From contig OZ024740.1 of the NCBI GenBank assembly GCA_964016885.1, positions 164,672,001 to 164,736,000 of the forward strand: a DNA stretch of 64,000 nucleotides, read 5' to 3'. Origin of the DNA: Eledone cirrhosa (Eukaryota). Of this stretch, positions 40,383 through 56,759 are shown in pieces. Position numbers and translations under genes: made by a program. Numbering within the stretch: position 1 is the first letter of the stretch; each line of letters starts with the position of its first letter. The notes below the pieces were generated by a model. The model saw only the letters and a program-made list of their open reading frames with translations. It was not told the origin of the DNA and did no database searches.

Positions 40383-41450
40383 TCAGAAATGACTGGATTT
40401 CCTGGATTTGCGGTTGTAGTCCAGGTCGCATTCCCGCACTAGCCCCCAGATATAGTCCCCCATCATTATTTCATTGTAGTGACCCTGGTACCTCCGCTCT
40501 ATCTCTTTCACATCTTGGTGGAATCGTTCGCCTTGTTCTGAGTAGGCGCCCATATTGTCCTTGAATTTTTCCAGGTGAGCGTCCAGCATATGGAGTTGAA
40601 GCGACATCCTACATTCCATGGCGCCAAAAGCCTTTATCAGATCCTGCACCAGTTACTGGTAGTTTTCAGCTCTGTAGTTGCCCAGGAAGCCCTTAACAAC
40701 TGCCTTGAAACAGTTCCATGCTGTTCTCTCAATCCTATTGATCTTATTGGAGAACTCGGTAGACTCAAACACCTTCTTTATCTGAGGTCCAACAAAAATT
40801 CCACCTTTGATTTTGGCCTTAGATAATTTGGGGAAGAACTCATGAAGGTACTTTTGAAGGTACTTTTGCGGCTGATTCTTGGTTGAGAGCCTTCACAAAC
40901 TGCTTCATCAACCCCAACTTAATGTGCAGTGGCGGCATGAGCACAATCCTGGGATCAACCAGTGGCTCCCACATCACGTTCAGGTCCCAACTACAAATTT
41001 TGTTCGCTGCTCCCAGTTCTTTCTTTTGTATTGGTCTGAGGTGTCTCTGCTGTCCCAAAGGCAGAGGAAGCATTGGAATTTGATAAAGCCTCCTTGGAGT
41101 CCAAGAAGGAAAGCCACCAGCTTGAAGTCTCCAATGATTTTCCAAATGTACTGGTTGTATTTCAGAGCTTCCAAGAGGACTTTCACACTGTAGTAATCTT
41201 CCTTCAAGCAGACTGGATGAGCTAGGGGCAGTGTCGGGAACTTGTTTCCATTGTGGAGGAGGACAGCCTTAAAAATTTTGCACAAACGGCACCCCAATAA
41301 CGTCAAACAGTTCAGGCACGTCATGGCAGAAGCAGAGGCCATCCCTAAGAGTGTAAAAGCCTGAGAAAGGTTCGTGTCGACTTCTCTGACTTGTCACCTG
41401 CACTTACTCCTTGACCAAGTTGCACTGCTTCATCCTGGAGACGAATGCTT
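40383..41450 (-). pseudogene. Chapaev-type (CMC superfamily) DNA transposase, frameshifted
   Basis: VLLHNGNK.PT.PLAH, GDFKLVAFLLGLQGG..K..CFLC.WDSR, PPLHIKLGLMKQFVKAL, KIKGGIFVGPQI, LH.LD.HL..F, SEQGERFHQD..ERRYQG..MMGDYIW. Confidence 0.85.
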
Positions 41451-42076
41451 AAAACACAACTTACCCTTTATTCAGGGTGCGAAAATTCAGTATCAATAAA
41501 TCGCTTTAATCCACTTTTTAACAATTTTATACTTTATTGCACTTTTATAATTTTATTTAGGTTTTACTCTTTATTTAATAATTTTAATTTAACCTGAAAC
41601 ATATATAAAAAAATAATTTAACATAAGTAAATTAAACTTACATACAACGTAAAATCCAGCATACAAATAATTCTAGTGAATAGCTTAGAATTTTTACAAA
41701 CCCAAACTTTTAACTGTTTAATAGCACTTTTTCTTCTGCGGGGGGAGAGAACGGGCTAAGGTGTTGATTTTCCTAATTATCTAGGATTAGTCACGTTAAT
41801 TTTTCATTGAATTCACATTCAAAATTTCAGTTGTAATAATATTCTTCTCATACCTCTAAAATTTGCATTTAAGACGCTGTTTGTTTAATTTATCATCATC
41901 ATTAAAAGATAATTATTGTTCATTAAATTCACGTCACAGTCACTAAATTGAATTTATCAGAGGGAAGCAGAGATCGTAAGGGACAGATGAAAATATGTAC
42001 ATATAATTTATAATGAATTGATATGGTTCAGGGTCAAATTATGATTAGGAAGATAGAATGAAAATTATATTAATTT

Positions 42077-42615
42077 AAATGGAAAAAATGAAACGAAATT
42101 TCATTTCTCACTCTTAGTACGGCTGTTACTTAAATATACATCTTAAATATACGTCTGTATACATATAGGTATGTACGTATACATACTTATATTTAAGTAA
42201 CAGCCGTACTAAGAGTGAGAAATAAAATTTCGTTTCATTTTTTCCATTTATCGTTTTCGGTGCGCCCGGCCGAATAACTCGATCGATATGCAAATTAGGC
42301 TGCTCAGCCGTTTATATGCATAAGGAAAGTATATACTTTCAGACGTTCAATCATCTGGCAGGAAGTTATACGATGCTGACGATAGCTAATAGGCTTGAAA
42401 CTAGTACATCGTTGCTTTGTCAGTGTTGAACAAAAGGGCAACGATGGTTGCTAAACACTGTACGGCTTAATCCGGGCTGTTTGTTTGTTTACAAACAAAC
42501 CGAGCATTATAATAAACCCATACGTACATATATATATGTGTGCATGTATGTATATATATACATACTACTGTACGTCTGTATACATATATGTATGTACGTA
42601 TACATACTTATATAT
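42077..42615 (+). mobile_element. HHR-bearing element with a 5' fold-back (family of 29271-29945)
   Basis: Inverted arms 42077-42137 and 42189-42250; the body matches 29535-29940. Confidence 0.85.
42370..42412 (+). ncRNA. Type I HHR
   Basis: acgatg-CTGACGA-t-agc(taatag)gct-t-GAAAC-TA-GTA-catcgt. Helix I 6 bp; palindrome ACTAGT. Confidence 0.88.
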
Positions 42616-42814
42616 ATTAATTTAATATACAGATAAATCAATATCTAAAAGATAGACCCCAAGGCAACGAGACAGAAGTCCTAAAAGTCCAGAAGTCTAA
42701 AAAAGAAAAAATCAAAGATTTTACATTAAATGAATCGTAGTAAAATCCAAAAGCATTCATAGCGGCGCAAGAGGAAAAGTAAATAACAACAACAACAGTA
42801 ATAATTCTAATAAT

Positions 42815-43102
42815 ATGTTTTTACTTTTGGCATAAAGCCAACAATTACTCCAGTGCATTACTGGTGCTTTATTTTATCGATACTGCTAAACCAATACTGC
42901 CAATACTGCAAACCAATAATAATAAACATAATAATTGGTTTCTGATTTACGCACATGACCAATAATTTGGGGAAATGGGAATGCTAATTAAATCGACCCA
43001 GTATGTTACTAATACATTAGATTGTCGGTCCAGTAAAAATGAAAAGCAAAGCTAAACTCGGCAGGATTAGAAATCAGAACGTAAAGGGTTGTAACTCTAT
43101 GA
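42815..43102 (-). mobile_element. SINE fragments
   Basis: ccagtgcattactggtgctttattttatcga and gcaaagctaaactcggcaggatt. Confidence 0.65.
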
Positions 43103-43319
43103 CACGAAGAATTAGATGTAGTTAAGACTAGGTCATATATCCTAATATGTGTCTTCAATGCACTTATAACCTGATGTGGAAAGGAGGGATTGGAAGGAAT
43201 GGCGATCTCGATCAAAATATGAATGGAAAGGCTATATTAGACTTTTGTTCTCGCAATGGTCTCTCTATTATGATCATCTTCTTCGAGCACAGACACATCC
43301 ATAAATAAATATGGTATAA

Positions 43320-44490
43320 CGGGTATCTGGGACAAAGTTCAATAATTGATTTCGTTATTATCTCTGATCTCTTTGATTCTGTGCTGGATGTTCAAGTGAA
43401 GAGAGGGGCTGAGCTGTCATCTGATCACTATCTAGTTATCTGCATCTTGAAACTACCTAAAGCCAGAGAAGCTCCATAAACTGGAGGTCAAGGTCTACAG
43501 GATAAAGTGGCAAACGTTGGTAGAGAAAGAAATCGAAACCAGGTATGCATCCAAATTCAAAGAAATCCCTGAGCAAATTGAGGATATTGAAACGAAGTGG
43601 ATATTGATCAGGACAGCAGTTTCTGCTTCAGCTGTTAATGCTACGGGCGAAAGAGTCTTGGTCTGGCGTCGGATGACAGGAGAAAGTCCTCCTCCACTCC
43701 TGCTATCAGTAATGCGTCCTAGAGTTTTCTTCTCTTTAGAGAGGTGCATACCCGTGAGGTGGAGAGAATACTTTCCCGTTCTCCTAAACTCGATCACAAC
43801 TACACTTTCTGATGTACTCGAGGTGCATCCCGGAGCATTGGCTAATCTCTCGGAGGCTGATCGCACGAGTAATTAAAGACCACAAATGTAAAAATGCCGC
43901 CGGGGTGGATGAAATTTAGCCCGAGATTATAAAAGCCTGAGAAGGTTTTCTCTTAAATAGAGAAGGTATTCTCTGGTGCTGGGTAGTCGGGATCTCTGGA
44001 AAGGCACCTAAGCAATGACAGTAGTGAGTGATAATACCAATTTTCAAAACGAGAGACAGAAGAGATTGATCCAATTATAGAGAGATCTCCTTTTTAAGCC
44101 TCCCCGATAAAGTATATGCTAAGTGACTGGCATAACGTTGTAGGGAGATTGTCGAGTAAAAAAATGGCCGATAAACAGTATGATTTTCGCCACGGACGCA
44201 GCCGACCAAACATTCACACTGTGGCATGATTTTGAGAAATCGGGGAAATCTGCCAAGAGGTGTATTCTTGTGTTGTACACCCTGAAAAAGCAAATGACCG
44301 CTTTCCACGGGATTTGCTGGTCAGATTCATGTTGCCCTGATGTCTCTATATGGATACCCGAGTATTTGTGTTCGGATAAATAGTGCTAAATCAAAACGAT
44401 TCAATGTGCGATTCGAACTCTGCTTGTTCATTATTTTCATGAAAAGGATTAGCATGCGCAGCTGGGTTCGAAGTCATATCACGACTGGCA
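43320..44490 (+). mobile_element. Decayed RTE LINE (APE endonuclease end plus RT start)
   Basis: SIIDFVII..VLDVQVKRGAELSSDHYLV, RWREYF..LLN and IIPIFK....NYREISFLSLPDKVYAK, with stops and frameshifts. Confidence 0.8.
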
Positions 44491-44569
44491 TGTGTTGAGA
44501 AAAGAAAGATTTTGTTTCACCTTTTAGTTAGAGAGGAATGAGTAGTACTTTTAAGCAGTAGCTTTGAGA

Positions 44570-44700
44570 ATAATTGCTCCCACTTTTGGTACAAGGCCAG
44601 AAATTATCCAGGTGTATTACTGGTACTTTGTTTTATCGACCCCGTAAGGATGAAAGGCAAAGTTAATCTCTGCGCGATTTGAATTACACCATAAAGGGCT
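44570..44700 (-). mobile_element. SINE, partial
   Basis: Tail and core present. Confidence 0.8.
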
Positions 44701-45589
44701 GTGGGAATAATGCGAGAATGTTATACTCAAACTGGAGACATGATCCTAATGCAAACAGAACCCAAGGACAAATAGTGGGGCTAGATAAATCAAATGATGG
44801 ATTATGTCATCCAGGAAGATGAGATTTGATTAGAATGTAGCTTCAGATTTGAGACAGTATAGATTTCGAGAGACAGGAAAGCACGTGTATTCAGGGTTGT
44901 TATTAATTTGAACACGTCCTAACAAATTCGTAACTAGGCATATCATGTATAGAAAACAAATATTTTTACCTGACTGGAAGAATTTTATTATCGAATTAAT
45001 ATATCAATTTTTCACAAATTGAACGGCAATTCATATCATGATACTCCTCGATTCTCATAAAATGTGCTTTGATGCACCAGCGAGTGAGCATGTGCTTGAA
45101 CACACGGTCTGATAGAAGTACCGATGAAATAATACTGAAATCATAACCTACCATCTTAAACAAGGAAGGGAATATTGCTTAATTTAATCCTGAATATACT
45201 GTTCCTGTAAATAAGACTGGAGCTATCTATGAATGGAACATATCTTATATAAAAAAAGACCTGAAGCTAAACAATGACCACAACATATTATTTGAAATGA
45301 GAAAGAAACAAACTTGGCCTCTAAAAGGTTGTATCTATATCTACGATAGCTTATACATACTGGACTTTCTCCAGGTTAATTGATAACATACATCACAGGA
45401 AAATAGAAAGAGGGTACTTAGATATTTATTGTATGGTAATTGCAGCACTGAGGTAAAAATCAACAAAAACTAAAAGAGACTGGATAGAGTTTCAAAAGTC
45501 ATGAGCCAGCACGTTACACACACACACATACACGTGCACACACAAACACAGAGAGTCACACACAGACATTCACACACACACACTCGCAC

Positions 45590-45656
<67 letters not shown>

Positions 45657-46679
45657 TTATATGCAAACATTAAAACTTATACGCTCACCTAAACACATAC
45701 ACGCCCGCACACACATATATACATGTGTATATAATTTATACTGCTCTTTCTCGCTCTTTTCCTCTCTCTCTATATATATCTCCTCCCCTTTTAGACTTAT
45801 ACGTCATTACATACACAGACTCTGGCTCAATGTTTCTCTACCTCCCCATATCAAATTATGTCTCTCTCTCTCTCTATTTTCTCTCTCTTTTTCTACCTCT
45901 CTTTATCACCCTTTCTATCACTTTGTCTATCATTCAGAAATACATACACACATACACACCACAAATTGAAGCATATACATGATGTTACTCTCTTTCTCTT
46001 TCCCATTTCTTTGTTCCCCTCTCCTCTTAAACGAACACATAAAAATGTACATGTTCGCACACATGAAGAAAAAATATGATAAAATACGCCGGGTTGAAGG
46101 TGGTATTTTTTCATTGATATTGACTTGGGGGAGAGACGAAGTAAGTGTAGCTTTAACCTGCAGAAAATAAAGAGGAACCGACTAAGTACTCCCAGGCATT
46201 AATTTATTCTCAATGAAACCACAGCACATCGCAAAAGAAGGAAGGAAAGAAGAAGAGATAGAAAAAAACATTAATAATTTTTTAAAATCATAACAAAAAT
46301 AAAGGGTGGGCTGGAGAAAAAATATAAAACAATCTATTAAAAAATGACAGAAATGAAATATAAAAATAATGATAATAGGAATGAAGAAGATACTGCAGTA
46401 AGATATGAAATGCAATGCAAAGAGACAAAATACGAGTTCTGGTGGGAAATAGGAGGAATATTGGGAGAGAGAAAGAAAAGGAAACGAAATATAGAAAAAA
46501 TAAAAGGAAATAGAATAACAAAAGCAGCAGTTACAACAATAATAGCGACAAAATGGATATCAGTAAAACCAATAACAACATCTAAAATAGAATCTTTCCC
46601 AGCTACAACAGCCACTGCAGCAATTATAATGGTACAATGATAAAGAAGATAAAGATTTTTAGAATAAATATATAAACAA

Positions 46680-47080
46680 TAATTGTTTCTAACATAGACA
46701 CAAGATCAGGAATTTTAACGAAAACGGATAGTCAATTAAATCCTCCCCAATACTTGACTGGTTCTTTATTTTATCGACCCCGGATTGCTGAAAAGCAAAG
46801 ATTAACGCGGTGTAACCTGAACCCCAGGCCTAGAATGTCGTACCTAAATACTGCAAGACATTTGACCAACGTTCCAAGGAGTCTGCCAGTACATGACCTT
46901 AATGACTGTTTCTAACATATGCACAATACTTCAAATTTTGGGGAGAAATATAATCGATTGAATCGATGTTAGTGCATCAATGCTACTTCTTTTATTGACC
47001 CTCTCATGAATGAAGGGCAAATGGACCTCGGCTGGATTTGAATAGGGAATATAAAGAGCCAAAATTAAATACCATAGAAC
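46680..47080 (-). mobile_element. Two old SINE copies
   Basis: ttattttatcgacccc and atgaagggcaaatggacctcggctggatttgaa. Confidence 0.6.
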
Positions 47081-50000
47081 AATTCTATTGCTAGTGTCTC
47101 TGCTAACCATCTCTTATTTGCTGGAATAAAATGAAATGGACCTCCTTGGATTTCAACGATATATGATCGAGTTGTTCGATCAGCAGAACAGCTTGTTCAT
47201 GTAATTACCATGTAAGTGGCTGAAAATACAACAAGCACGTGCATCCTTAACCTAATTCTCAAGGAGATTCAGAGTGCCACAGTATATGATCAGGTTGAAT
47301 TATATATACAGTAAATCTGACGAGCTTCCAGGCTATTTCTGTTTACCAAAGTTTCCTCACAAAACTTTGGTTTACTGGAGGCTATAGGAACTGACACTTG
47401 CCAATATACTACGCAGTAATATTGAACGTGGGACCTAATGAATTCTAAGTGAACTCCTTTCTCATTCGGCCATACTGCTTCTACCCTTGATATAGTATTC
47501 GGTAATAAACACCCTGAGATTATATTTATTGCGGCATAGTCACTTTAAATTTACGATTTTGGAATTTATATCGAGGTGATACTTCTGTTATGTTGAGGCA
47601 ATTTTCCAAAACCAATAGGATATTACTGTTGCTTGTATATAGCGAGTGGGTATGCTCCTTGTTGATTTCGGGGTAAAGGACATGGTCGATTACACCAATG
47701 GTTACAGAAATCGGTGATGCTATTGTAGCAGGAGCATGCGTGCAATAATTCTTTCTTAAATTTCTCAAAGTTCTTTTCAACGTTGTCCATTGCCATAGTG
47801 AGATATCTTGGTGAAGTTTGTATGTGTATCATCAATCATAAAATCATTATTTTTTCTATATTTCTATGAGTTAATATTAGTTTAGTTTACGTTAGTCTTG
47901 GGAAAATGAAAAAGTTGTTTTTCCTATTTACTTAGTTCCAAGTATCTGTATTTTAATGATTTTTGTTTAATCTGATGGACACACACCATCTTTTCGTAGG
48001 TGCCATTTCTTTACAAAGGCACGCAATCATCCTCGTTTATGACGGTAGGAAATAATTTATTATTTATATTCCTTTATATTCATCCAAAGAAAGAACAACA
48101 TTCCATCAACCTTGAAAACTGTAAAAATTCACATTGGACGAGCCGTCAAGAGCTTCCAAGAAAGGCGTCGTGAAGGTCGCCGGCGAATAATAATGATTAA
48201 TTTATTCAGTTACTAATAGTAGCTACATATATCGTCATTCATACCTACAATTACAGCAAACCTTAAAAGCTAGGATTTACAGAAAAATGTGTGGAGATGA
48301 ACTATAAAATATTTTGCGAAAACGGGTGTCAAACTGAGAAGATATAATAAATAGAAAACTATAGAAAAAATACAATGATTATAACAAAAATTTGTTTGTG
48401 AAAGTTCATATAAAACAATTTACAGTTTCCACCAACACATGTGTAAGAACTCATTTCTTAATCTGAGATAGATGATCAATACCCCTCACCACCATCCATT
48501 GTTCATAATGGAGTCTTATGTATCCAAAAATGATCATTAGCTTTCTTTGCGTTGGACGAAAAAAAATCATGGCAATAATCAAATAATGTAACTAACAAAA
48601 GTTTGGCCCTTGGGGTCCTCTTGTATTCTAGATGTATTTGATCTTCAAGTTACCAAGACGTCACTGCAATATCCTTTGTACAAAGCACAAAACTTATATT
48701 TTCTTTAAAATGAGTATGTTCAATTCTCGAAGGACAGTGACTTTCATATCGCCTGCGTATTTGTCGTCGTCATCTGATCACCTTTAGGACAAGCTGGCAT
48801 TTCCTTATCTTTTGATTTCTTTTTCTACTTTTCTTTCTGACTCCTTTCCTTCATTCTCCGGACTCTATTGTGGCTCGACTGTTACAAGTAGCGTGATGGT
48901 TGTGAAAATAGAGCACTTATTCACATTGGCCTATGAGATCGATGACGAGATTGACATTCTTGCCTCTGAAAGAGGTGATGTCAATGTTGTTAGATCTTAT
49001 TGCTGCTGTCAAAAATGTTCCTCTTACATTTTCTCCTCATTGCCGCCAGTTGTTATGGTTAGTAGATGGGTTCCTTTTTTTTCCTGACCATCTTCTACGA
49101 GCAAAGATTAAGACAATAAACGTTTAGGAGATGTTGCTGTCACGTGTAGTCTCCATGTTATATACATCATCCGTGATAATTAAAAAACAAGAAATGGTAA
49201 AATAGACTGACAAAAACCCTATCATACAAAAACAGAGGCGGTTAAAACTTATAAGATAAATACAAGGCAAGTTTTAAAATGTTATGTAGAAAACATTTAA
49301 CTGCGCAATCAAGACATTCCCTGGTTCCATGGTTTGGCTTGTCTAACTAGGGGTCAGTGACAGCGGGGTTATTGGCTAACAGCGGGTCATTGACAAAAAA
49401 GGCTTCATGAACACTGGGAGTGCACTTTAATACTATATGATATCTTGGGTTTCTTTCTATAATCTGATCTAATTTCCTTCCTTATCTGTATTTCCTTTGG
49501 ACAAGTAATTAATGCAGCGCTGTGTAACCGTGCTTCGTTAGGTCGTTCCATCACGACTCATGTGCTATTCTGACTTACTCTTCAACCATTCCTCTGTACT
49601 ACATGTCTGGCCTCGTTTGGTCTTCTTAATTTCATACACTGGTAGAGGCTGGAAAATAAATACTTTTTGCAGCTGCTTCGCTAGGTATTCTGCAACTGTC
49701 GTATTTACTGCATTCGGTAATTGTACAAATTAAAATCGTAGTGTAGTAGGAAACTGTGTTGTTTTTTCTCCGTTGCTAAGAACAACTTTTCGCATGTGAA
49801 GATGGTGGTCGTGGTTTTACTTTTGTTGTTATTGTTGTTGTTTTTAGTGAATTTTTTGTTGTTGTATTGTTTCAACTTTTGGGTTGATGTCAAACTACAA
49901 ATGTTTCTGACTTTGTTGCTGTTGGTGATGTTGCTGTTGTCAGTGTTCTGACTACCACACTGCCAGTGGGTGAACAGCTATGACCGTTACGTTTTGGAGA

Positions 50001-50442
50001 TGTTGTGGGGGAAGGTTTTGCCTCTATTTACAGGGAGTGGTGTACAAGTGTTGTATTTGTATTTAAAATACACTTTCTATCCCTAACGGCAAAATGTTCA
50101 GTGTCTCTGTCATTACAAAGGCGTGCGACACCATCTTAACAGGAATTTAACAAAATTATAACAATATACATATTGTAACCAAATAAAATAACAAATATCT
50201 CCCAGTGCTTTATTGAGGCAAGTGTGATTGGGATGATGGTGATGAAGATGATGATAACAACAAAAACAACCACAATAACAACAACAATAATAATAATAAT
50301 GAACATAATATGGATGTTAATTAGGAAAATGACAATTTAGTATTAATTCAAATATCTTTTCCATACGACGCTGGACAATTTGTCTGGAAGACAAATTTGA
50401 GTTAATTAATGTCCATGACAGCTATGGATCGTCTCCAGTAAA

Positions 50443-50499
<57 letters not shown>

Positions 50500-50640
50500 A
50501 GTTTATGTTGGTTGTATACCAACACCTCAGTATGCAGGCTGGAGTACTCGACGAAGTGCGCAGGTTGGTTTGGTTACTCCGGAGTAGTGTAAAATAAAGT
50601 TAAATAAAAGTCAAATGATTAAAATTTAGCTTCGTTTATT

Positions 50641-50695
50641 ACTGCTATATATATTTCAGTGACAGCCATCTTTGGCTGTGACCTCTTCAGGCAGT
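50641..50695 (-). ncRNA. Type I HHR
   Basis: rc: actgc-CTGAAGA-ggtc-acagcca(aaga)tggctgt-cact-GAAAT-ATAT-ATA-gcagt-AATAAA. Confidence 0.9.
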
Positions 50696-51826
50696 TTGAA
50701 TTAGTATGGTATAGACAAGTACATATGTTGTTTAGGTGTATGATATTGTCAATACTCTGATATGCCCAGTTCCTTGCTGGGTTGTTAATTCACTGGGGAA
50801 CTGGAGTCATATGAATTCAAACAAACGAATTTTCGTGTCACAGGTCCCCTTCTCCTCTCATTGGTCAGTTATTAGTGTTGTCATTGTTGGAGTTAGCTTA
50901 AAAATTGATAAAATGGTAGAAGGGACAAGGTGTTGAAGGAACAAAATATCAAAAGATGTGTCAAACTTCCCATTGTTCAGTTCTGAGAGCATTCCTCAGT
51001 CAGAAGTCTATAGAATTCTTTCTGGGGTGAGGCTCCCTGTGGTGTTTATGCCTGCTATTGTTCAGTACATTTGACCTCCACTATTATTTTGGTACTGTTG
51101 TTGTTGTAGTGGTCAGCTTATACCTTGCTGCTGCTAACAATTTAGAAGTATTCAGTTTGTGTTTTCTCTTCATCCCATATATATATATATAATCCCTTTC
51201 AGAACATATTGCTTAAACACCTCTCTCCATATTATTTACTCACTTCAGTCTATATTTTTACTCACCTCAATCCGAATTATCACCTGAAAAGAATTTTTTT
51301 AATTCTTTTTTTAATTCTTTAATTTCTAATTCTTAATTTCTTAATTGTTTAATTTATAATTTCTGATATTTGATTTAGGATTTTAATTTGTATTTCCAAC
51401 TCTCACTCTTAACTTCCAACGTAAAACCATGATACCTAGAATAAGTTTATTTTCCCTAATAAGGTGATGGTCAGTCGTACCGTCAACGCTTAGTGAGGGG
51501 TAGTATTATGACCTGTAAAAACTAACACTCTCCCATCCCCTCTGGCTCTCGGCTGACTGCCACAGTCGTGATGGGTAGCAGTAAAATATGGTACAGGCAT
51601 TGGTGGGCCATTGTTTTGGATGACAGGGTGAACAGACTAAGCAAATTTCGTTGAAGTCTGCGGTGGAGAATGGTCAACTTCCTTCGGACATGCGCTTGCG
51701 CAGGCCGGTGGGGGTGAATTGGTACTCACAAGGGAGCGGATGAAAAACCCAAGAACACGCAATTCATCCGTTCCCTTGTCGATCCAATTTGGATTGCCTC
51801 GGAAACATTACCTTATTATGTAACAA

Positions 51827-51900
51827 GCTGTCTGATGATGACACGACACTGGCACACAGAACAGTGTGGCCAGTGTCGTCACTGAAATATATATCACAGC
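51827..51900 (+). ncRNA. Type I HHR with long helix II
   Basis: gctgt-CTGATGA-tgac..gacactggc...gccagtgtc-gtca-ct-GAAAT-ATAT-ATC-acagc. Confidence 0.9.
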
Positions 51901-51916
51901 ATTATTATTAAAAGAC

Positions 51917-52096
51917 TTGGCAGTATTGGTAGAGGGTCGGACGCCATGCTTTCCAGCATAGTTACGTCCCTTTACGATCTGAGTTCAAATCCCGCCGAGG
52001 TTGACTTTGCCTTTCATCCTTACGGGGTCGATAAAATAAAGTACCAGTAATGCACTGGATAATTGCTGGCCTTGTGCCTAAAGTAGAAACAATTAT
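51917..52096 (+). mobile_element. tRNA-derived SINE
   Basis: Head, B-box, core and tail present. Confidence 0.9.
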
Positions 52097-52214
52097 TATT
52101 AAAGGACTTGAACATCTGAAACTACTCCGCTTTTCCTTATTCGATATTTACTCCGTCACTCCTATGTGGAAAAAGTACGTTGAGTGCTTGAATTGAATTG
52201 CATCAATATTTACC

Positions 52215-52286
<72 letters not shown>

Positions 52287-52298
52287 TCATATAATATA

Positions 52299-54093
<1,795 letters not shown>

Positions 54094-54390
54094 TATATAT
54101 ATATATATATATATATATAAATGAAAATAAAATTAATGTAAGCAAAATACCAACAATAATTCAGGTATATAAGTGACTATACCATCAACATGAAAAAATA
54201 TTTAATGTATGATGAGGGAAAAAAAAGTAATACAATCTTTATTCAAAACAAATCAAGAAGAAAAACTTTGTCATCAAACTGTATGTAAGTTGGGGAAAAA
54301 GCAATACAATCTTAATTCTAAATAAAATCAAGAAGTAATACTTAACCGTCAATTTGGGGAAAACTACAAATGCACTATATAGTTTTAAAA

Positions 54391-54445
54391 GACCATTTCA
54401 CGAAACTTTTCAGTGGGGTTAGTCACGGTTGGAGTCGATCTTCAG
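54391..54445 (-). ncRNA. Degenerate HHR relic
   Basis: rc: CTGAAGA-tcga...tcgt-GAAAT-g-GTC; helix I is poor. Confidence 0.45.
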
Positions 54446-56706
54446 TAGTTCTCAAAACACTAACTAAATACCACTACTAAAATACCGAGGGGAAAAAATA
54501 ATCCACTGGGAGTTAAAATCAGGCAAGCGAACAGCGTGTAGAAATGAAATAACAAAACACACGTGAACACAAACTAGTGATGGCGGGATGAGATGAGAAA
54601 GCAGTTTCAAGAAACAACAGTCAAAACATATATATATGTATTTATGCGTGTGCGTATGTATATATATGTGTATATTAAAATATAAACACACTTATGAAAA
54701 TATTACCTCACACGCGTGCGAGTACACATATACAAATAAAGAAATTTATATATAAATGCGTGTGTGTCCGCCCAGTAATTTGTATGGCAAGAAGTATGTC
54801 CGTTTGTTAAAGGCAGAATTTGTACTCACACCCGCATAAAATGCCTAAGGAACCACGTTGTTTATGGTGTTGTATTTTTTCGAAGTGTCATTTCCCTCTA
54901 TGGTGTAGTTGACGTTTTGTGAAATCTATGTATTTGGCCTCGCATGCGCAGTGCATCTCACAACCTACGTGGTTATTTATGCATTTTAGGTGTGTATTGT
55001 TGTTGCTGTGTCTGCTTTTCGTTACTGTTATGGTAGTAGTAGGGCTTTAGCAAACGTTGCTCGGTGGGAGGTGTTGTTTCAACGTCTGTACAAGCCTTGT
55101 TAATCGCACTGGAAGACCTGACTGTTTGATGTGTTTACAAGGATCAATATGTCTGCAAATAAAATGATTAATAAAAGGTTTAATTTAGTTAATTTTTTCT
55201 CTTAGTTGAGGAAAGAAAGCAAAAATCTAACAGTATTTATAAATTACAAGAAATATAGAATTAATTTTACAAAATTAATTTATGTGCTCTGGGGATAATT
55301 GATCTTTGCAGAAATGTACTCAGCACATAAACTTCATAGTAAAGCTGATAACTACCGAATATAAAATTTGTAAACTAAAAGCATTCAAGAAGAGTCCCTA
55401 CTTTCTCACAGAAATATAGTATGTATATTCATACATCCCACTTATATTGGATTGTGAAAGCTCTGTTGTAAAATTGGGAACTCCAGGGCAAAGCACTGTA
55501 TGTATTGATAACATCCGATGTCTCTCCCAATCTAGTTTACACGGTGAATATTTCTGAAACCCACAATGATGAGGGAACCATTTCAGACTTCTTGTATCAC
55601 CTGCTTCATGCGTCATAGTGTTTTTTTTTTGTCTCAGGGGGTAACGACTTATTTCCATTACACCTGGTGTTGTGCCTGTATAATTTGTGAAATCCATTAA
55701 TTCATTGTCGTTATATCTAGCAGCATTGGCAATGCAGAGTGCTAATTGTTGCTTTTACCGTTGTTGTTATTTCTGCTCTTGTTGCTGTAGTGTTATAGAT
55801 AGTGGCTTTCTTCTCGGATGGCTATACGTTGTATAATTTCATATGTGGATGGAAATAAATTTTGCCTCAAGATGATAAAAAGTACGAAGAATACTAGATG
55901 GTAAATACTAAATAGTGAGCATATAAAAAGAATTCGTGGATACTTTGATCGCCATAACTTTTAATGGAGACAACAGCGTATTGGGACATGTCAAGATTAA
56001 TTGAAAGTTGTCAGATTGGATAATAATAGATTTATATACACAAGTGGAAAAGTGTTTTCATTCGTCTGACCTTATAGTAAATATGTCTGTATAATATACT
56101 CTGGTTAATACAAACCATTGCAATGACAGAGTTAAATATAACTGTGTTGTTATCGTAACGAGTTAACAAACCACATACTATGTGGTCCATCCACATGCTA
56201 AACAGAATATTGACATCTTCACTCTATACAATAGACACTGAAATACTATGACCGGAAAAGAAATATGGCGTGGAACTTTGACGGTTATACATATTCCGGA
56301 TTTAATTATTTGTCCTTGAATCTTTACTTTCTTGTGAGTAATCTTCACCTCCCTGAAACTTTTGATTATTAAATACCACTATACACTTATATACCTAACT
56401 AACTTCATACACTAATCCGACACTTCCATACTAACTGAATGTGCCACGCTCACAAACATAATTTCCAGCTTCACACATATTCGTACTCTACATACATATA
56501 TACCTACACACATGTTCCCCAACAGTTAAACTGATAGGTAATCGCTTGTGCATGTATATACATACATCACTTTCCCTTTCGCATTTCTCTTCGCTCGTTT
56601 AAACCCGTTCCATTCCTCCTTTACTCCCCCTCTCTTTCTTACACACTTTCCTTCTCTCTTCCTCCTTTTTTTACTACCATCTAGTTCATCACTCCCAAGC
56701 CACCCC

Positions 56707-56759
<53 letters not shown>

